Below are positions 49,372 through 59,188 of a stretch of DNA of 64,000 bases, piece after piece. The number at the start of each line of letters is the position of its first letter. The first letter of the stretch is position 1. The stretch is from assembly GCA_041746475.1 (NCBI GenBank), contig JBGTGX010000021.1:46251-110250 (forward strand), written 5' to 3'. The position numbers were made by a program, and so were the translations under genes. The notes beneath the pieces are model-generated. The model saw only the letters and a program-made list of their open reading frames with translations. It was not told where the DNA came from and made no database searches. Source of the stretch: Pyrinomonadaceae bacterium. Lineage in GTDB: Bacteria; Acidobacteriota; Blastocatellia; Pyrinomonadales; Pyrinomonadaceae.

Positions 49372-51998
49372 GTTGGTTTGAGGGGTTTATTTGTTTCTTT
49401 TTTTGCTGCAACGACATGAGTTTCGTTAAGCTCGACGAGCAGATCATCCATTTCAACGGCAATCTCCGTATCCAGGATTTCTTCTGCCTCTAAAATGGCT
49501 TCGTGTTCAACATCGATTTTGTGAATATCAAATTCGTTAACCCGAATTGGCGGTTGCGATATTAACTCGTCTACTTTTCGCCTGTCCTCCAATTCTTTTA
49601 GTTTACGGCGTTTGCGTCGTGCTTTTACCGCGTACATCGCCTTATCAGCTGCAATAATAAGCTGATCGAGGGTTTCGCCGGCAGTTGGATATGCAGCCGC
49701 ACCAAGACTCACACCGACATTGGCAATTCCTCCGTCATTTATTTTGAGCTTGTAATTCTTAACGGATGCCTCCATTCTTTGGCAAAGCTCTCGTACGGCT
49801 TCATGATCGGTTTCGGGAATTATTGCGACAAACTCATCGCCCGCATATCGCGCGAGAAAGTCATAATCACGCAGCTCTTTTCGCATCACGACTGCAATAT
49901 CTTTGAGAACTCTATCCCCGACTTTATGCCCATGAGTGTCATTAACCGCCTTAAAACCATCGAGGTCGAGCATCAGAATCTGGAAGCTTGTTCCATTTCG
50001 CCGGGCTCTGGCAATTTCATTGTCAAACTGCATTTGCAGACTTCTTGCATTTGGAAGCGCAGTCATCGGGTCGGTCATCGCACGATTTTCCGTTTCGGCG
50101 TGCCTCACCGAGGTGAAAATTGCATCGGATGCGATACGTGCGAGAGTTTCAAGAAGCCGCATATGTTCATCTTCGTAACTGTCCAGCTCGCATGAATAGA
50201 GGGAGACTGCACCGATCAATTGCTCATTTGCGATAAGGGGAAGCGATGCCATGGAAGTGTATTCCTGAATAAAATCCATCTGATAACAAGAAAAATCAAG
50301 GCCTGGATTGATTTGGTAGATTGGCTGGCGTTTCTTCAGCGTGTAACCTGTCGCGCCTTCACCAACTTTCACTTTTCGGTTTTTTAGAGAATCGCTGTGT
50401 CTTCCTTCAGCATGTCGCGCAATGGCAACATTTTCGGTCTCGTCAAGAAGGTATACTACACACGTATCAAGAGGCACTAGTTCGCCAATCTTTTTGACAA
50501 AAAGCGAGAGTGTTTCGTCCAGGCTAAGTGCCGAACTGAATACTCTGGCGAGTTCGTAAAGGGTATAAACCTCGCGATTTGCACGTTTGATTTGCTCAAC
50601 ATAACTTATGGAGTTGTTGCCTTTGTCGGCTGCCCTTGTTTTTTGGTCGAGCTCGTAAGCAAGATCCTTTTGTTCTACCTTGCCTTCAAGCCGGGTAAGG
50701 TTTCTCATAAAAATGTCTATGATACCTGGATCAAACTGTTTACCCGCGGCACTTATCAGGAAACGGCGCGCTTCCTCACGTCCTATCGACGGACGATACG
50801 GCCTCGCACCTCGGAGCGTGTCATAAGCATCGGCAATGGCAAGAATTCTTGCGGTCAGCGGAATTTCTTCTTTTTTTAATCCCTCGGGATATCCGGAACC
50901 ATCCCATGCTTCATGGTGATATTTAACCGTTGAGATAACCGGATATGGGAAATTCACACCCTCGAGAATTGAGGCTCCGACCTGCGGGTGAATCTTCATC
51001 TTCTCCATTTCGGCCGGCGTCAGCCTTCCAGGTTTGTTTAGGATATGTTCGGGAACGGCAAGTTTCCCGATGTCATGAAGAAGCGCGGCGGTTCTGAGAG
51101 CTTGGATATCATCGGGGGGAAGCTTCATGATTTTCCCAATTCCTACGGCATATATCTGTGCTCTTGTGACGTGGCCCCGACCGACCTGGTCGCGCGCATC
51201 AATCGCGGTTGCTAAAGCCTCGACGGTGGCAACATGCACTCTGCTCGCGTCGCGTATTTCCTTAGTTTTCTGCGAAAGCATCCGTCTATGAAATCTGTAC
51301 GCTAAGTGTGCGGCAACCGTAATCGGAAGTAGTAGAACACCAAACAGAAGTCCGAAATAAACGACAAGCAAGTGAAAGCTAAAAACCACTAAGACACTAA
51401 CAATGCAGCCGACCCCGTACCAAAGGTAAGTATCCTTATGCGCATCAGAAAGAGTGGATAGATCTCCGATCTTTAAAAATATTGAATAGAAGAGTGAATA
51501 GCATGACCAATATGTAAAGCCGAGAACGAATGTTGACGCAAGCAACCATAACGCATTTATTGGGTTTTTTGCTACGGGGTAGTCTGCGAAACCGAAAACC
51601 TGGCTCAATTCGAGATAGAATGCGGTACCCGCAATCAGAGCCGCGAATACCGGAACCACGGTTTCAGGTACCCATCGAACCGGATTCTTGATCTTGGAGC
51701 GATAGCTTCCGATGCCGCACAAAATCGCTAATAATACGCCGCCGCCTATTCCGAGCCATAGAGTTCCCCAAAAAATTATAGGTTCTTTTGCCGAGACCTG
51801 AATGCTTGTGTGCGGAATTTTTATTTGATACTGGCTGATTATCAATCCGATAAAAGTTACAGTTCCTACGATCAGCCATTCGGTCGGCGAGTAAGAAAAA
51901 CCCTCATACATTGAAAATAGCATAGCTCCGAAACCCGCTGCCGCTAGCGCGCAAATGTAGGCTCGGGCTTTGAAACTGAACTCGGACAAATTAAACAT
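49368..51998 (-). CDS. Polytopic membrane HD-GYP / GAF / GGDEF-domain c-di-GMP signalling protein
   Basis: The N-terminal ~230 aa are hydrophobic. HD-GYP motifs are LLHDIGKLAV and HHEAWDGSGYPEGL. A GAF-like middle follows. The GGDEF domain carries RDYD (I-site) and YAGDEF (A-site variant, nt 49830-49844). Confidence 0.8.
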   Translation of the reverse strand: MFNLSEFSFKARAYICALAAAGFGAMLFSMYEGFSYSPTEWLIVGTVTFIGLIISQYQIKIPHTSIQVSAKEPIIFWGTLWLGIGGGVLLAILCGIGSYRSKIKNPVRWVPETVVPVFAALIAGTAFYLELSQVFGFADYPVAKNPINALWLLASTFVLGFTYWSCYSLFYSIFLKIGDLSTLSDAHKDTYLWYGVGCIVSVLVVFSFHLLVVYFGLLFGVLLLPITVAAHLAYRFHRRMLSQKTKEIRDASRVHVATVEALATAIDARDQVGRGHVTRAQIYAVGIGKIMKLPPDDIQALRTAALLHDIGKLAVPEHILNKPGRLTPAEMEKMKIHPQVGASILEGVNFPYPVISTVKYHHEAWDGSGYPEGLKKEEIPLTARILAIADAYDTLRGARPYRPSIGREEARRFLISAAGKQFDPGIIDIFMRNLTRLEGKVEQKDLAYELDQKTRAADKGNNSISYVEQIKRANREVYTLYELARVFSSALSLDETLSLFVKKIGELVPLDTCVVYLLDETENVAIARHAEGRHSDSLKNRKVKVGEGATGYTLKKRQPIYQINPGLDFSCYQMDFIQEYTSMASLPLIANEQLIGAVSLYSCELDSYEDEHMRLLETLARIASDAIFTSVRHAETENRAMTDPMTALPNARSLQMQFDNEIARARRNGTSFQILMLDLDGFKAVNDTHGHKVGDRVLKDIAVVMRKELRDYDFLARYAGDEFVAIIPETDHEAVRELCQRMEASVKNYKLKINDGGIANVGVSLGAAAYPTAGETLDQLIIAADKAMYAVKARRKRRKLKELEDRRKVDELISQPPIRVNEFDIHKIDVEHEAILEAEEILDTEIAVEMDDLLVELNETHVVAAKKETNKPLKPT

Positions 51999-52082
51999 TA
52001 TTTTGTGATCAAATAGACGTATAAAAGAGGTTTTTCAGAGAGAGAGTTTTTTTGATTTGTTATCTCAGTTTTTCACAGCGGG

Positions 52083-52130
52083 ATTGGACTGCCAGAGGAG
52101 CGACCGGACTATCGCAGGTTCAATTGGACT
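52083..52130 (+). promoter_or_regulatory. Three phased 8-mers (ATTGGACT / ACCGGACT / ATTGGACT), 20-bp periodicity
   Basis: The copies are at 52083-52090, 52103-52110 and 52123-52130, in the divergent intergenic region between the HD-GYP/GGDEF gene and the VWA gene. Confidence 0.5.
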
Positions 52131-52263
52131 AATCGATTTATGAGGATAGACTATAATTACAGCCAAACTCGGGAAGCCGTTTACCATCTAAAGACACTAT
52201 TTCGCTATCTTTTGCGGAAACGAAGCTCCAAAACGAGTATAGTAAAAGCGTGACTAAAAGGCA

Positions 52264-53286
52264 ATGTTTTCTATGTATCAACAACGTTTATCGACAACTT
52301 CGGTTTTTTCCTTATTTGTGAGGTTTCGTCGCGGAGTTTTTATCGTTGCCGCAATCGGTTTCGCGAGCTTTTTAACATGCGGGGTTTTCGGTCAGGAATC
52401 CATCGACGTTATAAAAATTGATACCGAACTTGTTGCGTTTGAAGTTTCGATTTCAGATAAGGACGGAACCCCGGTCAAGGGTCTAAAATCCGAAGACTTT
52501 AAATTATATGTCGATGGTGAGCAAAGGTCGATAGATTTCTTCAGGCCGATAAGGAAAAACGACGAAAATCGCCCACTCTCCGTTGTTTTCGCACTTGATG
52601 TGTCAGGAAGTATAACAAGCAATGAATTGCGGCGATTGCGTGCTGCAATGCAGACATTCGTCAAAAAATTAGCGGACTACAATTCGCATTTTGCTGTTGT
52701 GACATTTGGAATGAGAGTGAAAACACTCCAAAGTTTTACAAACAGACCGGATAAGCTTTACAAGACTTTCGACAAAATACTCAAGGAGCAAGATGGACTT
52801 TCCACTCACGCCTACGATGCGATTGATGATGCCATCCGAATGATTGAGAAGAAATCGCCCAAGAGTGTCGGACAGCGGCTTCCTAAACGAGTCATTGTCG
52901 TAATAACAGACGGTTACCCCGTTGGCGATACGGTTTCGCCTGATACGGTGATTGATCGTGCAAATAATGCCGAAACGAGCGTTTACGCGCTGATTCTTCC
53001 TTCTTACTCAATACTCTCCGCGGCGAAAAAACCCGTCTTAACGCTTCTCGAAGCAAGCGGGGTGACCGAAAAAACCGGCGGACGATCTTTTTACGCAACC
53101 GAACAGGATTTCGAGCCGCTTTTTAGAGCTCTCGCCGAGGAAATTACGGCTTCGTATGCTCTGGCGTTTTACCCGGACGAACAGCCAATTACTCAAGAGA
53201 AATTTTATAAAGTTAGGATCGAAACAACCCAGGACCTTCTTGTGAAGCAAAATCGCGATGGCTATCAAATAAAACGCCAAGAATAA
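52264..53286 (+). CDS. Secreted VWA-domain protein (acidobacterial TIGR03436-like)
   Basis: IKIDTELVAFEVSISDKDGTPVKGLKSEDFKLYVDGEQRSIDFF followed by the VWA MIDAS-type DVSGS matches the family. Confidence 0.75.
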   Translation: MFSMYQQRLSTTSVFSLFVRFRRGVFIVAAIGFASFLTCGVFGQESIDVIKIDTELVAFEVSISDKDGTPVKGLKSEDFKLYVDGEQRSIDFFRPIRKNDENRPLSVVFALDVSGSITSNELRRLRAAMQTFVKKLADYNSHFAVVTFGMRVKTLQSFTNRPDKLYKTFDKILKEQDGLSTHAYDAIDDAIRMIEKKSPKSVGQRLPKRVIVVITDGYPVGDTVSPDTVIDRANNAETSVYALILPSYSILSAAKKPVLTLLEASGVTEKTGGRSFYATEQDFEPLFRALAEEITASYALAFYPDEQPITQEKFYKVRIETTQDLLVKQNRDGYQIKRQE

Positions 53287-53292
53287 ACTAAA

Positions 53293-53517
53293 TTAATCGT
53301 CATCATCATTATCGTCGTCGTCGTCTTCATCAAAGATGTTAAATCCGTCGTCGTAGTCCTCCGCTCCCTTCGCAAAATATGGGTCTAATTCGAAGGGGCC
53401 CATACCGACAATTTCCAGATCGACTCCACATTCATCACAGGATACCATTTCTCCCTGTTCGGAATCTTTGGCCACAAATACGTCTTCTTCACACTCGGGA
53501 CAAACCACGGTAGGCAT
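53293..53517 (-). CDS. LysW-like zinc-ribbon protein with poly-acidic C-terminal extension
   Basis: MPTVVCPECEEDVFVAKDSEQGEMVSCDECGVDLEIVGMGPFELDP... parallels the LysW/ArgW carrier-protein ribbon. The tail is AEDYDDGFNIFDEDDDDDNDDDD. Confidence 0.55.
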   Translation of the reverse strand: MPTVVCPECEEDVFVAKDSEQGEMVSCDECGVDLEIVGMGPFELDPYFAKGAEDYDDGFNIFDEDDDDDNDDDD

Positions 53518-53629
53518 TTTACAATCCTCCAAAAGCAAAAAGTTTTATTAGATTCAGTATAAAAAAGCGAGTTAATTATTCGCCAAATTCAATTTAGCTT
53601 TTTTTTAAACTATTTGGCAAGATGTTTCT

Positions 53630-54565
53630 ATGCGATTTCCTTTTGAGGTGAAAACCGACGCGAAATTCGATGCCGTTGGGTTCGGAACAAACGCCGTTGA
53701 TTACCTGATCCAGGTTCCCGAATACCCGGCATTTGATTCCAAGATGGAGCTTACGGAATACGTTAAAGCAGCTGGAGGAGAGGTTGCGACGACGTTGGTC
53801 GGACTTCAGCGTTTGGGTTTTCGCACCGCCTATATCGGTCGTTTCGGCAAGGATTCCGAAGGAGATTTCGGGCTTGAAAACTTGCGTGACGAGGGCGTCG
53901 ATATTTCCCGAACGGAGCAAGTTGAAGGTGCTCGTACGCAGATCGCGTTCATTATCATCGACGAGCGAAACGGCGAACGCACGGTTATTTGGAAACGCGA
54001 TCAAAAACTTGGTTACTCCGGAACGGAAGTTGACGAATCATCAGTTGACGACACCCGCATTTTGCATTTTACTCCGCACGACACGGAAGCCTGCATCAAA
54101 CTTGCCACCGCCGCGAAAAAATCCGGCGCGGTTATTTCAATTGACATCGATCGAGTTTTTGACGGAATTGAAATTTTGCTTCCGATTGTTGATATCTTGA
54201 TTTGCTCGAGTGAGTTTCCAAAAAGGCTTTTCGGGATCGATGACATTAGCCGATCACTCGAAAAACTTCAAGCTTCTTTTGGCTGCCCAATAACGGGAAT
54301 GACGCTTGGAGATGCAGGGTCAATTATTTATTCTGTTGGTAGTTTCATTCGCACACCGGGCATGGCAGTTCCCGGAGGATGTAACGACACAACGGGTGCG
54401 GGCGATTCCTTTCGTGCCGGATTTTTGTACGGATTATTATGCGGAGAAACTATTGAGGATAGCGCACGCATGGCAAACGCAGTAGCAGCACTTAAATGCC
54501 GCGAAGTAGGTGCGAGAACATCGCTCCCGAATCAAGAGGAACTCTCACATTTGCTCAAATGCTAG
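53630..54565 (+). CDS. PfkB-family carbohydrate kinase
   Basis: It has a ribokinase-like fold with the GG dipeptide region and the C-terminal TTGAGDSFRAGFLYG motif. Confidence 0.8.
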   Translation: MRFPFEVKTDAKFDAVGFGTNAVDYLIQVPEYPAFDSKMELTEYVKAAGGEVATTLVGLQRLGFRTAYIGRFGKDSEGDFGLENLRDEGVDISRTEQVEGARTQIAFIIIDERNGERTVIWKRDQKLGYSGTEVDESSVDDTRILHFTPHDTEACIKLATAAKKSGAVISIDIDRVFDGIEILLPIVDILICSSEFPKRLFGIDDISRSLEKLQASFGCPITGMTLGDAGSIIYSVGSFIRTPGMAVPGGCNDTTGAGDSFRAGFLYGLLCGETIEDSARMANAVAALKCREVGARTSLPNQEELSHLLKC

Positions 54566-54567
54566 TT

Positions 54568-55824
54568 TTACAAAAGCGCTTCGGGTTTGACCGCTTTCGC
54601 AAAATAAACTGCTGCAATCAGGGTCACGAGCATAAGTGCCGAAGCCGTCCAGAAAGTTCGAAAAAGCGTCGCATCGTCAATTTTATTGAATGAATTATTT
54701 AGTAGAATTCCGGCAAGCGCGGGGCCGATGGCCCGGGCCAGCGACGCAGCGGATTGCATCACGCCAAGCGCTTTGCCCTGTTCGCGTTCGCTTGCAACTT
54801 TTGAAGCCAGGCTCGTAAGCGCCGGTGATGAAAGCGAATTTCCAAGCGAAAAAAAGCCGATTCCAATGAGAAGTCCGGTCAATCCGCCCCAGTTCGGGCC
54901 AACGAACGGAACAGCAAAAAAAGCGACCATCAACAAGACGCTTCCACCGACAACTAACGAGCTTTCGCCAAATTTGTGCGCCAGCCGGCTGAACAAAAAT
55001 CCCTGGAAAACTACCGCAAGTACTCCTACGTAGAAGAATAAATAGCCATTTTGTTCGGCGTTGTATCCAAAGCGAAACATCGTGTAGAGAGCGAATGAAG
55101 CAGTCATTATCGAAAAAGCTGTTACGAGCAGGAAATACAATCCGGTTAAGATCGTAAATCTCGAATCCCTCAAAACTTCGAGAGTTTCAGCAAATCGGTT
55201 TTTCCGTATTTTATCGAGATTTCTATTTTCAGCTTTTAGAGATTCGGGTAGAACGAAATAGAGCGCAATCGCGTTTACAAATGTTAGCGCGGCGGCGAAG
55301 AAAAACGGGGCGTGAATTCCGTAACGACTTAAGATACCGCCGATCGCGGGGCCAAAAACAAAACCCAAACCAAACGCCGCTCCGAAGAGGCCCATTCCTT
55401 TAGCCCGGTTTTTCCGAGAAGTGACGTCGGCGATATATGCCTGCGCGGTAGAAATATTTCCTCCTGTAATTCCGGCAATGATTCTACCCAGAAAAACCAT
55501 CCACAAAACGGAAGCAAATCCTATTACAAGGTAACCGATCGATGAGCCAAGAAGGCTTAAGAACAGGATCGGACGACGCCCGTATTTATCCGAAAGACTC
55601 CCTAAAATCGGAGAAAAAACAAATTGCATTGCTGAGTATGACGAAAAAAGCAGGCCGATTTCAAGCGGGGTCGCGTTAAATGGTTCGGTCTCGGCATAGA
55701 ACGGCAAAATTGGAATAACGATCCCGAAACCGATCAAATCGATAAAGATCGTCGTAAAGATTATCGCAATCGGTTTTGTGAAAAATTTATCTTCTGATGA
55801 GCTCTCGCGGTCTTTATTTTGCAT
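54568..55824 (-). CDS. MFS transporter (TCR/Tet-like)
   Basis: It has 12 predicted TM segments. GSLSDKYGRRPIL is MFS motif A. Confidence 0.8.
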   Translation of the reverse strand: MQNKDRESSSEDKFFTKPIAIIFTTIFIDLIGFGIVIPILPFYAETEPFNATPLEIGLLFSSYSAMQFVFSPILGSLSDKYGRRPILFLSLLGSSIGYLVIGFASVLWMVFLGRIIAGITGGNISTAQAYIADVTSRKNRAKGMGLFGAAFGLGFVFGPAIGGILSRYGIHAPFFFAAALTFVNAIALYFVLPESLKAENRNLDKIRKNRFAETLEVLRDSRFTILTGLYFLLVTAFSIMTASFALYTMFRFGYNAEQNGYLFFYVGVLAVVFQGFLFSRLAHKFGESSLVVGGSVLLMVAFFAVPFVGPNWGGLTGLLIGIGFFSLGNSLSSPALTSLASKVASEREQGKALGVMQSAASLARAIGPALAGILLNNSFNKIDDATLFRTFWTASALMLVTLIAAVYFAKAVKPEALL

Positions 55825-55888
55825 TCAGGCAAAGTTTTTAGAATCTATGATTTGTAGTAAGATAGCAAAAATTAAACATAACATTTAG

Positions 55889-57781
55889 GTGGAGTTTGCG
55901 AAAGTGATTGATATAACGAGGAAATCAAAAATAACGGTTCTTTTAGTGCTCGCGTTTCTCATAACGGGTTATACAAATGCGGATGCACAGCGACGCCGCG
56001 GAAAACAGAAAAAAGCACCCGCCGCAGCCCAAAAATCTATCCCTCCCGTTATCCATTACACGGTTTCAATGCCGAAACCCGAAACACATCTCCTCGAAGT
56101 TGAAATGAAATTGGATTGGGCCGAAGCCCCAAAACAGGTGGAGATCAAAATGCCCGTGTGGACTCCTGGTAGCTACTTGGTACGCGAATATGCCAGGCAC
56201 GTCCAGGATTTTGTCGTTGTTGACAACGCGGGAAATTTTTTGGATTGGCGAAAGATCAACAAGAATACCTGGGCAATAGATACAAAAAGCGGGAAGGGAA
56301 TTCGAGTAGGATATCGCGTATATTCAAACGACCTGACGGTGCGCACAAATGAGCTCAACTACGAACACGCTTTCTTCACGCCGGCTGCGCTTTTGATGTT
56401 TCCAAAAGATCAACTAGGCGCCCCTTCGACGGTAAAAGTAACTCCTTACGGGAATTGGAAGGTTGCGACGGGCTTGCCGAGGGTTGCCGGGCAGCAAAAT
56501 ACTTTTCGCGCGCCAAATTACGACATTTTGTACGATTCGCCGTTTGAGGTAAGCAATTTTACTGAGAAGATTTTCGAAGTCCGCGGAATTCCACATCGCT
56601 ATGTCGTTACCGGAGAGGGTAATTATGATCTCGATAAGATCGTGGCAGATACGAAAAAAATAATTGAAGAGTGTTACCGTTTATTCGGCGAACTACCTTA
56701 TGAAAATTATACGTTTATTTTGAACTTGCGCGGTGGCGGCGGACTTGAACACTTGAATTCTACGGCACTTCAATGGAACCGCTGGGGATTTGATTCCGAT
56801 GATCGCTACATGGCTTTTTTGGGGCTGGTCGCCCACGAGTATTTTCATTTATATAACGTTAAAAGAATTCGCCCCGTTCCGCTTGGGCCCTTTGACTACG
56901 AAAACGAGAATTACACAAAACTTTTATGGGTAGCCGAGGGAACTACATCTTACTACGAATGGGTATTGTTGAGACGAGCGGGATTGTTTACCGCAGGTGA
57001 GGTTTTATCTAATGAAGCGAAGATCGCCGAAACTCTTGCCGGACAACCCGGGAGATTTCAGACTAGCTTGGAAGAAGCGAGTTTTGATGCCTGGATTAAA
57101 AGCTATAGACCTGACGAACATTCGATAAATCGCGAAATTTCCTATTACAGGAAAGGCGAACTCGTAAATTTTTTGTTGGATATAAGAATTCGTTCTGCAT
57201 CAAACGGGGCAAGATCGCTCGATGATGTAATGCAATACCTTTATATCGAGTTTTATAAAAAAGGAAGAAATTACTCGTCCGCAGATTTTCAGAATGCCGC
57301 TGAGATGGCAGCCGGCACTAGCCTGGATAATTTCTTTAGGCGGTTTGTCCGCGGAAAGGATGAATTGGATTATGATGCAATTCTTGGCGGTATGGGCTTG
57401 CAGCTTGTGCAGACAAAGTCTGAAAGCGACAAAGCGTATCTTGGTGCAAATCTTTCTGAGACGAATGGGAACTTGACTGTAACTTCTGTCCCGGCGGGTA
57501 CACCCGCTTACGATTCGGGTTTGAACTCGAAAGATGAGATTATCGCCGTCGATGGTTACCGGGCAACGCGTGCAACTCTAAATTTTCACATGGGTCGAAA
57601 AAAAGCCGGTGAGAAAATTAGACTCCTGGTTTTTAGACACGACAAACTCCGGGAAGTTGACGTTACTCTTGGAAGGACGCCGGCATCAGGCTATAAGATC
57701 ATCCCCGTTGCGAACCCGACGGCCGAGCAAGATGCCTTGTATCGACAATTTTTGGGCGAAAGTCTGATCAAAGCTCCTTAA
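55889..57781 (+). CDS. M61-family glycyl aminopeptidase with C-terminal PDZ domain
   Basis: GGGLEHLNST and the intact HExxH in LVAHEYFHLYNVKRIRP are present. The PDZ-like segment is VTSVPAGTPAYDSGLNSKDEIIAVDG. The GTG start is uncertain. Confidence 0.8.
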   Translation: MEFAKVIDITRKSKITVLLVLAFLITGYTNADAQRRRGKQKKAPAAAQKSIPPVIHYTVSMPKPETHLLEVEMKLDWAEAPKQVEIKMPVWTPGSYLVREYARHVQDFVVVDNAGNFLDWRKINKNTWAIDTKSGKGIRVGYRVYSNDLTVRTNELNYEHAFFTPAALLMFPKDQLGAPSTVKVTPYGNWKVATGLPRVAGQQNTFRAPNYDILYDSPFEVSNFTEKIFEVRGIPHRYVVTGEGNYDLDKIVADTKKIIEECYRLFGELPYENYTFILNLRGGGGLEHLNSTALQWNRWGFDSDDRYMAFLGLVAHEYFHLYNVKRIRPVPLGPFDYENENYTKLLWVAEGTTSYYEWVLLRRAGLFTAGEVLSNEAKIAETLAGQPGRFQTSLEEASFDAWIKSYRPDEHSINREISYYRKGELVNFLLDIRIRSASNGARSLDDVMQYLYIEFYKKGRNYSSADFQNAAEMAAGTSLDNFFRRFVRGKDELDYDAILGGMGLQLVQTKSESDKAYLGANLSETNGNLTVTSVPAGTPAYDSGLNSKDEIIAVDGYRATRATLNFHMGRKKAGEKIRLLVFRHDKLREVDVTLGRTPASGYKIIPVANPTAEQDALYRQFLGESLIKAP

Positions 57782-57815
57782 ATAACAAGCCGTATTCAAA
57801 CGATGAGTGGAAACT

Positions 57816-59186
57816 ATGTATAAGAAGTTATTCATGCTGGTCATATTTTCCGCTGCGGCTTTGGGTTGCCGCAGCGAAGGATCGAAAAACGTCACGGTTG
57901 AGCCAACTGCTTTAAAAAACGTTCCGGCTCAACGGTTGAATTACAGGTTTGAAACTGATGTTCCCGCTCCAACCCGTACCGGAAGGTCGATTCAGAGTGA
58001 CGAGCGAAATGAGAAGGTTCAGGTAGATTTCGATCAGAATCGCGTGCAGGAGGTTTTAGACCTTACGATTACCTCGCCCGATAAACTAAAAGTTTTGGCG
58101 GTTTACCGAAAGATCAACGATCTGATTTCGGAGTTTCGTTTGGATATGTATACGTCCGATGGAAAACTCCTTAAGAAAATCACGCATGAGGAAATGGCGG
58201 TGCATTTTCCGGGAACTATAGTCTGGTCACCTGATTCCGCAAACGTTGCTTTCATTGCAATGGTTCGCGGCGTTGAGCTAGACAATCCTGATGGTGTGAA
58301 ACCGGAAGAAAAACCGACCGCAACACCGGGCCTCGTAGGACCGGATGAACAATCCAGTTCGAATACAAATGCCGATCCGGGCGCGGCTCCGGAAATTGAT
58401 CCGTTGGAGCCGCCAAAAGATGTTTTGACCTTTAGAACCGAGCAGATCTACATTTGCGACTCAAATGGTGCTGACACAAAACCGCTGACGCAGAATGAAG
58501 GATTGATGTATTTCTATGCCGTGTGGGCTCCGGATAGCTCGGCGCTTGTTGCGCTTGCGTCACCATATACCGAATGGCGAATCCGGGAATTCCAGGCTGC
58601 GAGAGCCGGAGAACAATTCATTCCTGCGGGGCGTCCCCGATTGATCGAAATTAGCGGACGCGAACGCTTGCTTGATGATTACCCGACCGCCGTACATCCG
58701 GTTTGGTCACCAGACTCCGCCAAGATTGCCGCATCGTTTGATAAACAGATTCGGATCTACGATGCAACGACAGACGCTCCGACCCAGGCGGCAATTCCAC
58801 TTAGAAACCAGCTTCTGCTCGCTGCCAGAACATATGAGGAGAAGCTTCAAAAGGAGGAAGCAAATTCGAACGTTGGCGGTTCCGAAAACGCAAACGCGGG
58901 CGAAAACAGTCTCGATCCAAGAGCTGAGTCAAACTCCGAAAACGGAAATGCGAATGCCGAGCCGGATCCAAGAACAACTACATTGCCTGACGCAAAAAAT
59001 TTGGTAGCGTTTAATCCGATAATAAATTTGGTTTGGGAACAAGATTCAATGCTTTATCTTGAAACCGGTTATCTAAAAACATATGTTACTAATGAAACGG
59101 AAAACCGGAGCAGTTTTCTGAGGTGGCATCGTCTTATTCTCAGCGCACAGGCGATCGAGATTCCGCCAGCTCCGGTACAACAATAA
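57816..59186 (+). CDS. Lipoprotein with PD40/TolB-like beta-propeller repeats and low-complexity inserts
   Basis: It has a lipobox (AALGC). The repeated motifs are VWSPDSANVAF, VWAPDSSALVA and VWSPDSAKIAA. Confidence 0.6.
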   Translation: MYKKLFMLVIFSAAALGCRSEGSKNVTVEPTALKNVPAQRLNYRFETDVPAPTRTGRSIQSDERNEKVQVDFDQNRVQEVLDLTITSPDKLKVLAVYRKINDLISEFRLDMYTSDGKLLKKITHEEMAVHFPGTIVWSPDSANVAFIAMVRGVELDNPDGVKPEEKPTATPGLVGPDEQSSSNTNADPGAAPEIDPLEPPKDVLTFRTEQIYICDSNGADTKPLTQNEGLMYFYAVWAPDSSALVALASPYTEWRIREFQAARAGEQFIPAGRPRLIEISGRERLLDDYPTAVHPVWSPDSAKIAASFDKQIRIYDATTDAPTQAAIPLRNQLLLAARTYEEKLQKEEANSNVGGSENANAGENSLDPRAESNSENGNANAEPDPRTTTLPDAKNLVAFNPIINLVWEQDSMLYLETGYLKTYVTNETENRSSFLRWHRLILSAQAIEIPPAPVQQ

Positions 59187-59188
59187 AC

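Noticed and set aside
52000-52263. Possible c-di-GMP-I (GEMM) riboswitch near the c-di-GMP gene, at ...cacagcgggattgg....
   Set aside because: There is only a superficial resemblance to CACGCACAGGGCAAACC. The second conserved half (GACGCAAAGCC...) is absent. The phased 8-mers explain the repetitiveness better.
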